From: Candidatus Omnitrophota bacterium | Lineage (GTDB): Bacteria > Omnitrophota > Gorgyraeia > Duberdicusellales > 4484-171 | Direction: 5' to 3' | Length of the DNA: 32,000 bases | Assembly (NCBI GenBank): GCA_021735045.1 | Contig: JAIPHU010000003.1 | Coordinates: forward strand, 42,476-74,475 | Shown here: positions 1 to 6,057 of the stretch, one piece after another | Numbering within the stretch: position 1 is the first letter of the stretch | Layout: each line of letters starts with the position of its first letter | The notes under the pieces: model-generated | Database searches by the model: none | What the model was told of the DNA's origin: nothing | The model's input: the letters and a program-made list of their open reading frames with translations, nothing else | Position numbers and translations under genes: made by a program

Positions 1-339
1 CAGGTGCCCAAGCAAGCGTGAATCCATGTAATTAAGTGCTTTGCCATTGGAGAAATTGAAAATTACTCTAGCCCGTTCTTGGCTTTCTCCATAATGAAGC
101 CAGCCGGTCATTCTTAAATGAATTACTAAAAATTTTTCTTTTTTTAATTTAAGAATCAAAAGCTTGCCCCGCCTGATCACCTTTTCAACTTCTTGACCAA
201 TAATTTCTTTTTTAAATTGGGGCCAGGATGGTTCTTTTATCACTTCAACTCTGTTAATTTTTACTGCAGTAATTTCTTCCCCGAGAACATTTTCGGCTAA
301 TTCTCTTTTGATTGTCTCGACTTCTGGTAATTCTGGCAT
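1..339 (-). CDS. mutM: formamidopyrimidine-DNA glycosylase (Fpg/MutM), N-terminal 113 codons; continues beyond the window edge
   Basis: Absent from the ORF track because it is open at the edge. My reverse-strand translation from the ATG (337-339) reads MPELPEVETIKRELAENVLGEEITAVKINRVEV...FLVIHLRMTGWLHYGE...YMDSRLLGHL. The PELPEVE N-terminus and HLxMTG are Fpg hallmarks. AAGGA lies 9 nt upstream. Confidence 0.85.
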   Translation of the reverse strand, partial: MPELPEVETIKRELAENVLGEEITAVKINRVEVIKEPSWPQFKKEIIGQEVEKVIRRGKLLILKLKKEKFLVIHLRMTGWLHYGESQERARVIFNFSNGKALNYMDSRLLGHL

Positions 340-472
340 AGCTTTTTATCCTTTATTTTATTCTTTGTATCAAATTATTTTCTTTTTTATATAGATAACG
401 TCGGATCCAATATTATTATTGATTAAGTTTTGCTTCGCAAAAATTGGATGCGACTTCTGGTAATTCTGGCAT
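318..472 (-). repeat. 22-bp perfect direct repeat (318-339 = 451-472; first 22 nt of mutM) bracketing a 111-bp structured non-coding insert (340-450)
   Basis: CGACTTCTGGTAATTCTGGCAT occurs twice on the plus strand, 133 bp apart. The insert folds (minus strand) into the stem 454-443/411-400 with one C:C mismatch, plus the hairpin TTTTGC-GAA-GCAAAA (442-428). The upstream copy keeps an RBS (GGAGAG) and ATG but runs into a stop after 18 codons. Confidence 0.85.
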
Positions 473-500
473 TATACTCTCCAGGTTAACTCAATTTATT

Positions 501-584
501 ATCAACGAATATACGAATCAATTACGAATTTACAAATAGAAATAAATATTCGTATATTCGTAGGAGATTGGTAAATTCGTTGAT
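501..584 (-). repeat. 84-bp repeat element, copy A (promoter-like cassette with six ACGAAT/ATTCGT hexamers); partner at 26373-26459 in inverted orientation
   Basis: The reverse complement aligns by eye to 26373-26459 at roughly 90 percent identity; the promoter-proximal 37 nt are identical. Minus-strand -35 TTGTAA (535-530), 16-nt spacer, -10 TATATT (513-508). Terminal inverted decamers ATCAACGAAT / ATTCGTTGAT. Confidence 0.8.
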
Positions 585-595
585 TAATTCTTCTC

Positions 596-988
596 CTAAT
601 TAATTATCTTCAGATAGACTTTCCTGTCCCGCGGGCCATCAAACTCACAGAAATATATTCCCTGCCAAGTTCCTAAAACAATCTCATTGTTTTCTATAAT
701 CAACTCTAGGGTAGGCCCCAAAAGTGAGCTTTTTATATGAGAATCAGAGTTGCCTTCTGCATGCCGATAACCTTTATCGGCAGGAACAAGCTGATTTAGA
801 TAATTTATGATATCCTCACAAACTGCCGGGTCCGCATTTTCATTTATAGTTAAAGCCGCAGTAGTATGAGCACAAGACAAAAGACAGATTCCTTTCTTTA
901 TCTGAGATTTTTTTATTATCTGTTTTGTTTCTGAACTGATATCAATAAGTTCATTCCTTTTTTTTGAACTAATATTTATTGTTTCCAT
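596..988 (-). CDS. YjbQ/UPF0047 family protein (secondary thiamine-phosphate synthase-type)
   Basis: 130-aa ORF. The pattern ...CLLSCAHTTAALTINENADP...GNSDSHIKSSLLGPT...GTWQGIYFCEFDGPR matches the family as I recall it. Confidence 0.75.
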   Translation of the reverse strand: METINISSKKRNELIDISSETKQIIKKSQIKKGICLLSCAHTTAALTINENADPAVCEDIINYLNQLVPADKGYRHAEGNSDSHIKSSLLGPTLELIIENNEIVLGTWQGIYFCEFDGPRDRKVYLKIIN

Positions 989-1008
989 AAAAAACCCCCT
1001 TGGTATAT

Positions 1009-1245
1009 CTAGTTAAAAAAGATAAAATAACTCAACAAAACTATAATTAATATAAAAACCGTCCAATAGACCCAACTGGATCTTTTCCCAAAATCTACCG
1101 GCTTGCCACAGTAGTAACAGTTGATAGCATCTTTTGGGATTGGTTTATGGCAGTAGGGACACTCTACTAGTTGATTGTAATCTAGGCCCTCTTTTTGTTC
1201 AGTTATTTGTTTATAGTCAAAAAAATCTTCCGGCATCTTTATCAA
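1009..1245 (-). CDS. small zinc-ribbon protein with C-terminal transmembrane helix
   Basis: 78-aa ORF with CPYC...17 aa...CYYC, followed by a hydrophobic tail WVYWTVFILIIVLLSYFIFF. Confidence 0.5.
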   Translation of the reverse strand: MIKMPEDFFDYKQITEQKEGLDYNQLVECPYCHKPIPKDAINCYYCGKPVDFGKRSSWVYWTVFILIIVLLSYFIFFN

Positions 1246-1262
1246 TCAGCTTAGTTTATTTT

Positions 1263-1775
1263 TTAGGTTAAATGCTTATGGATACCCTTGTATTCTGTGG
1301 TTTTTTCTACTCTAAAAAATACAAGTTGAGCTATGCGCGCATTTTCTTTTATCTTAACCCCAGCTGGATTTTGCACAGATAAAAGAAACTCCCCCTTACC
1401 TGAAAAACCTGCATCCCAGACCCCATGAGAACTAAAGCACCCCATGCGCAAAATAGAGGTACGGCTAAAAGCCAATGCCGTTAAATTATTAGGTAAATTT
1501 ATTATCTCGTTAGTTTTAATTTTATAAGAACCCGGAACAAGGCTCCACCAACCATATTTATCTTCTGGATTTTTTTTCTCAAGAACAACTTCCTCTCCTT
1601 CCGGAATTATTCTTTCATCATTAGAAAAATCCAATGACCCAGCCTTTAGGAAAGTTGACAATTTAGCTACAGTTAAATCAACTCCGTTTGGAGTAAGCTG
1701 TTTTTCTAGGTTTATATAGTTTTCGATTAGATCTTTTCCTTCAATTAAATCTCTGATTTCTTTTTTGTTTAACAT
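1263..1775 (-). CDS. dCTP deaminase/dUTPase superfamily protein (archaeal-type dUTPase-like)
   Basis: 170-aa ORF. ...NGVDLTV..., SRTSILRMG...GVWDAGFSGKGEFLL...IAQLVF resemble the trimeric dUTPase/Dcd motifs. Its 5' end overlaps the upstream gene by 35 nt. Confidence 0.65.
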   Translation of the reverse strand: MLNKKEIRDLIEGKDLIENYINLEKQLTPNGVDLTVAKLSTFLKAGSLDFSNDERIIPEGEEVVLEKKNPEDKYGWWSLVPGSYKIKTNEIINLPNNLTALAFSRTSILRMGCFSSHGVWDAGFSGKGEFLLSVQNPAGVKIKENARIAQLVFFRVEKTTEYKGIHKHLT

Positions 1776-2211
1776 GATATTTTATCTCCTCTATTGCATC
1801 TTTAGGTGTTTCTTTTTTTATTATTCCTTCTATATCCCAGCTATCTATTCCTACCACAATTTTACCTTCCGATAAAGCAAAGCCTATTTCTGAAAGAGTA
1901 CCATATTTCCCATCAACTGCTACTATATAATCTGCCGACCTAACTACCAAGGTATTACGCACAAAGCCAAGGCCCGTAGGTATTTTAATATCTAGATAAT
2001 TGTTTGCTTCTTTGCCGTCATAAGAAGGCAAAAGCCCCACAGTAACTCCTCCTGACTGTTTTGCCCCACAACAAGCTGCTTCCATAACCCCTGGGCCTCC
2101 ACCACAAACTAGAACCCAGTTTTCTTGAGCAATAAGCTCCCCAACAACTTTTGCTGTTTTGTAAGCTTTTTCTGAACACTTTGAACCACCGATTACTGCT
2201 ATATTTAACAT
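1741..2211 (-). CDS. LOG/TIGR00725-family (SLOG fold) protein
   Basis: 156-aa ORF: IAVIGGS...VLVCGGGPGVMEAACCGAKQSGGVTVGLLP...RNTLVVRSADYIVAVDGKYGTLSEIGFAL, the typical LOG/TIGR00725 pattern. Confidence 0.75.
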   Translation of the reverse strand: MLNIAVIGGSKCSEKAYKTAKVVGELIAQENWVLVCGGGPGVMEAACCGAKQSGGVTVGLLPSYDGKEANNYLDIKIPTGLGFVRNTLVVRSADYIVAVDGKYGTLSEIGFALSEGKIVVGIDSWDIEGIIKKETPKDAIEEIKYHVKQKRNQRFN

Positions 2212-2341
2212 GAGTTTTAACTTTTATCCTTTATCCTTTATCCTTGATAGTGTCCCTGGCAGCCCCGACGCTCGCACTCCGTGTTCGGTCGGGAGATTCG
2301 GCCTACATTTCTGGCTCCATCCTCCCCTTTTTACATTTATC

Positions 2342-2413
2342 TACCCCTTAGGAGAGTCGAACTCCTATCTCAGGCTCCGGAGGCCTGCGCTTTATCCATT
2401 AAGCTAAAGGGGC
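2342..2413 (-). tRNA. tRNA-Arg (anticodon CCG)
   Basis: Manual cloverleaf: acceptor GCCCCTT/AAGGGGT (G1:U72 wobble), D arm GCTT..AAGC, anticodon stem CAGGC/GCCTG with loop CTCCGGA, T arm AGGAG-TTCGACT-CTCCT, discriminator A. No encoded CCA. Confidence 0.85.
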
Positions 2414-2504
2414 AAGATATCCATTGAGCTACAGGGACTAAGTTGAAATAAACTTAGCAACTACTAAATCTTACCGCAATTAGGGTATTTTGTAAATTTA
2501 TCTG

Positions 2505-3773
2505 CTAAAATTGTTTTCCTTTATGAAAAACTTTTTCGATTTTTCCTTGCAGTTTTCGGCCGAGAAAACAAGAATTTTTGGATTTAGAATAAAAGTTTTC
2601 TTTAGAGACTACCCACTCTTTATCCGGATTAAAAATAATTAAATCTGCATCGGCTCCAACTTTAATTGATTTTTTCTTTATTTCTAAAATTTCAGCAGGG
2701 TTGGTTATAAACTTATCTAGCAAACTCTGCCAGCTTAAAAATTTCTTTTTAATAAGTTCTGTAAATGCCACCGAAAGCTCTGTTTCCAGCCCAATTGTCC
2801 CGAACTCAGCTCTTTGAAATTCAATATCTTTTTCATTCTCTGTATGAGGAGCATGATCAGAAGCAATTACATCAATTACGCCATCAGCTAAAGCTTGTTT
2901 GATTGCTAAAATATCCTCTTGGTTGCGTAAGGGTGGATTGATTTTTTTGTTGGTATCAAAACTCCAAAGATCTTTTTCCGATAATGAAAAATAGTGGGGA
3001 GCAGTTTCTGCGGTAACCTGAACTCCTTTCTTTTTAGCTTTCGCAATAATCTCTATGGATTCCTTACAGCTTACGTGAGCAATGTGTATTTTTGCATCAG
3101 CTTTTTTTGCTAACTTTATGTCTCTAGCTACTCTCATAAACTCGGCTGACTTTGGTATTCCCCGCAAACCAAGACAAGTCGAACTAAAGCCTAGATTGAG
3201 CACTCCTCTTTTTGATAAAGTTTTATCCTCGCTGTGGCAGATTACAGTAATATTGTTTTTCTTAGCTTGCTTTAAAGCTTCTAGCATCAGTTGGCTATTA
3301 TCCACTGAATCACCATCATCGGTTATAGCTTTTATCCCTTCTTTAGCTAATCTTTCTATATCACCAAGCTCTTTGCCTTTTCTGCCTTTGGTTATGGCTG
3401 CAGAAAGAAAAACATCAACAAAAGCTTCTTGTTTAATCTTTCTTTTTAGGTATTTTACTGTTTCTCTGGAATCTATCGCTGGTTCTGTATTTGGCATAGC
3501 TAAAACCGAACCTATTCCGCCGGCTAAAGCAGCTCTGGTACCAGTTTTAATCTCTTCTTTATCTTCCCTGCCTGGTTCACGTAAGTGAACATGCATATCT
3601 ATAAGCATCGGCAATACTATCTTTCCTGCCGCATCTATAATTTTATCAATCCCTTCTGGATTAATAGCTGTTGCGATATCAATTATCTTGCCCGCCTCGA
3701 TTAAAATATCTTCTTTCCTAGATCGGCCGGTACCGGCCCTAACTACTTTTGCATTTTTAATCAAAGTTTTCAT
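2505..3773 (-). CDS. pyrC: dihydroorotase
   Basis: 422-aa ORF with DMHVHLREPG, HVS and ASDHAPH motifs. Overlaps pyrB by 4 nt in a pyr operon. Confidence 0.9.
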   Translation of the reverse strand: MKTLIKNAKVVRAGTGRSRKEDILIEAGKIIDIATAINPEGIDKIIDAAGKIVLPMLIDMHVHLREPGREDKEEIKTGTRAALAGGIGSVLAMPNTEPAIDSRETVKYLKRKIKQEAFVDVFLSAAITKGRKGKELGDIERLAKEGIKAITDDGDSVDNSQLMLEALKQAKKNNITVICHSEDKTLSKRGVLNLGFSSTCLGLRGIPKSAEFMRVARDIKLAKKADAKIHIAHVSCKESIEIIAKAKKKGVQVTAETAPHYFSLSEKDLWSFDTNKKINPPLRNQEDILAIKQALADGVIDVIASDHAPHTENEKDIEFQRAEFGTIGLETELSVAFTELIKKKFLSWQSLLDKFITNPAEILEIKKKSIKVGADADLIIFNPDKEWVVSKENFYSKSKNSCFLGRKLQGKIEKVFHKGKQF

Positions 3774-4720
3774 CTTTTTCTTGCTCCTGATACAAGATAT
3801 AAAACAGCCATTCGAACCGCGATTCCGTTGGTAACTTGGTCTAAAATAACAGAGTTTGGCCCATCAGCAACTTCAGAAGATATCTCAATACCTCGATTGA
3901 TCGGCCCCGGATGCATAACTATTATATTTTTATTTGTTTTTTCGATACGTTCTTGGGTAATGCCATAATTTTTAAAATAGTCTAGCTTTTGAGGAAACGC
4001 TGTATTTTCATCCCTTTCAAACTGCATTCTTAATACATTTACTGCATCAGATTGAGATAAAGCTTTATCTATATTTGAAGTTACAGAAACACCCATTTTT
4101 TCAATTTCAGCTGGAATAAGCATGGCCGGGGCACAGACTATAACTTTTGCTCCTAATTTAGTTAAGCCCCAAATATTTGAACGGGCAACCCGAGAATGAG
4201 CAATATCTCCAACAATAGTCACAGTCAGCCCCTCAATTTTACCCCTTTTTTCAACTAAAGTAAAAAGATCAAGCAAGGCTTGAGTAGGGTGCTCATGCCA
4301 ACCGTCTCCAGCATTAACCACACCTATATTTAGATGCCGGGAAAGCATCGCTGCTGCACCAGCTGCATTATGCCTTACTACGATTATATCTGCTTTTAAG
4401 GCTTCAATATTTCTACCTGTGTCATTAAGGGTCTCATTTTTCCGTACGCTTGAATATTCAGCTGCTATATTTATTACGTCTGCTGAAAGCCTTTTTGCCG
4501 CTACCTCAAAAGAGACTCTTGTTCTGGTAGAAGGTTCATAAAAAAGATTGACTATGGTTTTACCCCGTAAGGCCGGAACTTTTTTAATTTGGCGCGTAGT
4601 AACTTCTTTAAAAGATGCGGCCGTCTGGAGCAAGATCTCAATCTCTTCTTTTTTTAAATCCCCCAATCCCAGCAAATCTTTCTTGTACCAGTTTATAGCC
4701 TCTTTTCTTTTTTTGCTCAT
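3770..4720 (-). CDS. pyrB: aspartate carbamoyltransferase catalytic subunit
   Basis: 316-aa ORF with FYEPSTRTR, HPTQALLD and HPGP motifs. Confidence 0.92.
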   Translation of the reverse strand: MSKKRKEAINWYKKDLLGLGDLKKEEIEILLQTAASFKEVTTRQIKKVPALRGKTIVNLFYEPSTRTRVSFEVAAKRLSADVINIAAEYSSVRKNETLNDTGRNIEALKADIIVVRHNAAGAAAMLSRHLNIGVVNAGDGWHEHPTQALLDLFTLVEKRGKIEGLTVTIVGDIAHSRVARSNIWGLTKLGAKVIVCAPAMLIPAEIEKMGVSVTSNIDKALSQSDAVNVLRMQFERDENTAFPQKLDYFKNYGITQERIEKTNKNIIVMHPGPINRGIEISSEVADGPNSVILDQVTNGIAVRMAVLYLVSGARKR

Positions 4721-5265
4721 CTCTTTCCCCGTAAAACAGCTTTATCTTCAGAATCTATTTCTTTTAGCTTTACCTCAACAATCTGTTCTTTTGCTGTAGG
4801 AATATTCTTCCCTACAAAATCAGCCCTAAAAGGAAGCTCCCTGTGGCCTCTATCGATCAAGGTCAGAAGTTGAATTTTTTCCGGACGGCCAAAGTCCATA
4901 ATTTGATCTAGAGCAGCCCGCACTGTTCTGCCGCTAAACAAAACATCATCAACTAAAATTATTATTTTTTCGTAAATATCAAAACCAATAACAGTTTTTT
5001 TAACCACAGGGTTTGGCCCAATAGTAGTTAAATCATCCCGGTAGAGAGTAATATCAAGTTCTCCTAACGGTAAGCTTGTTTTGCTTATATCCTCAACTAT
5101 ATTTTTTATTCTTTTGGCTAAAGGAACTCCGCGAGTTTGAATTCCTACTAAAGCTATTTCGTTTGGGTTGGGATTTTTTTCTAAAATCTGGTGAGAAAGC
5201 CTAACCAGAGCTTTTTCTATATCTTGGCCAGTTAAAATTATCTTTTCTTTATTTTTATCTTCCAT
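4717..5265 (-). CDS. pyrR: bifunctional pyr operon regulator / uracil phosphoribosyltransferase PyrR
   Basis: PRTase motif IILVDDVLFSGRT. I prefer the ATG at 5265 (MEDKNKEK..., AAGGA 6 nt upstream) over the track's GTG at 5286. Confidence 0.88.
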   Translation of the reverse strand: MEDKNKEKIILTGQDIEKALVRLSHQILEKNPNPNEIALVGIQTRGVPLAKRIKNIVEDISKTSLPLGELDITLYRDDLTTIGPNPVVKKTVIGFDIYEKIIILVDDVLFSGRTVRAALDQIMDFGRPEKIQLLTLIDRGHRELPFRADFVGKNIPTAKEQIVEVKLKEIDSEDKAVLRGKR

Positions 5266-5269
5266 GGTA

Positions 5270-5300
5270 TTCCTTACTGGCCTCACTGGACCAACTTAAA
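5270..5300 (-). promoter_or_regulatory. candidate PyrR-binding RNA loop overlapping the pyrR ribosome-binding site
   Basis: The minus-strand RNA reads GCCUUUAAGUUGGUCCAGUGAGGCCAGUAAGGAAUACCAUG. GGUCCAGUGAGGCC resembles the PyrR binding-loop core UCCAGAGAGG. The lower stem CCUU(U)A/UAAGG would sequester the SD. Confidence 0.55.
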
Positions 5301-5310
5301 GGCTAGCATA

Positions 5311-5339
5311 ATATTATTATATTTACCTTTTTATGTCAA
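5311..5339 (-). promoter_or_regulatory. sigma70-like promoter of the pyrR-pyrB-pyrC operon
   Basis: Minus strand: TTGACA (5339-5334), 17 nt, TAATAT (5316-5311). Confidence 0.55.
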
Positions 5340-5368
5340 GGACAAAAACCGATGCTTCCTAAGCCTTA

Positions 5369-6031
5369 TCAAGCTGGGGCCAATACTAAAGTAATTTCTC
5401 CTTTTGGCTTTTTTTTGCTAAAATGCTCTACCGCTTCTTTCAAGTTAGATTCAAAAACTTCTTCAAACTTTTTAGTTAATTCACGGCATACCGTTATTTT
5501 TCTATCTCCTAAAACTTCTTCTAACTCTCCTAGGGTACGAATAATACGGTAAGGAGACTCAAAAAAAACACAGGCTGTCGGCCAGTTTAAGATACGGGAA
5601 AAAAACCTTAGGCGGGCAGTTTTTTTGCGCGGCAAATAACCAAAAAAAGTAAACTCATTTGAACTTATACTGCTACTAGAAATTGCTGTAATTATACTAG
5701 AGGGGCCCGGTAAAGAAGTAACTTCAATATTCTTTTCTCTAGCTTCCCTTATTAGTTTAAACCCTGGGTCAGATATAGTAGGAGTGCCTGCACTTGATAC
5801 CAAGGCGATATTTTTTCCTCTTTCTAGCTCATTTATAATTTGAGATTTTTTTCTATTTTCATTATGTTCATAAAAACTTATTAGCTTATTTTTTATATTA
5901 AAATGGTTTAACAAAGCCCCTGTTTTACGAGTATCTTCAGCTAATATACAATTAACCTCCTCTAAAACGCGCAAGGCTCTTAAGGTTATATCTTCCCGAT
6001 TTCCTATTGGAGTTGCGATTATATAAAGCAT
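5369..6031 (-). CDS. rsmI: 16S rRNA (cytidine1402-2'-O)-methyltransferase
   Basis: 220-aa ORF: LYIIATPIGNREDITLRALRVLEEV..ILAEDTR, a tetrapyrrole-methylase-fold RsmI pattern. Confidence 0.85.
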   Translation of the reverse strand: MLYIIATPIGNREDITLRALRVLEEVNCILAEDTRKTGALLNHFNIKNKLISFYEHNENRKKSQIINELERGKNIALVSSAGTPTISDPGFKLIREAREKNIEVTSLPGPSSIITAISSSSISSNEFTFFGYLPRKKTARLRFFSRILNWPTACVFFESPYRIIRTLGELEEVLGDRKITVCRELTKKFEEVFESNLKEAVEHFSKKKPKGEITLVLAPA

Positions 6032-6057
6032 GGTGTTTTCAATAGGGGTAGACCCCC

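Noticed and set aside
340-450. Autonomous IS element or integrase-borne island at the duplicated gene starts (also 16593-16688 and 22953-23065)
   Set aside because: The inserts are only 96-113 bp and encode no protein. No transposase or integrase gene is present anywhere in the window. If mobile, they must be non-autonomous.
2248-2335. SRP RNA, tmRNA, RNase P RNA or a ykkC/fluoride-type riboswitch as identity of the GC-rich segment
   Set aside because: I could not find the SRP domain IV motif (GGAA tetraloop with AGCA), a tmRNA tRNA-like T-arm, RNase P CR-I/CR-V sequences, or the full ykkC or crcB cores. Only a short ACACGGAG match was seen. It needs a covariance-model scan to settle.
2210-2407. 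65-aa plus-strand ORF from the track
   Set aside because: It runs antisense through tRNA-Arg and the GC-rich non-coding segment. It has no SD and a low-complexity Pro/Leu/Ser-rich translation. It is an artefact of the GC-rich RNA region.
3082-5552. Plus-strand ORFs 3082-3588, 4548-4799 and 5352-5552
   Set aside because: These are antisense shadows inside pyrC, pyrB/pyrR and rsmI. Their translations are low-complexity with no family resemblance.
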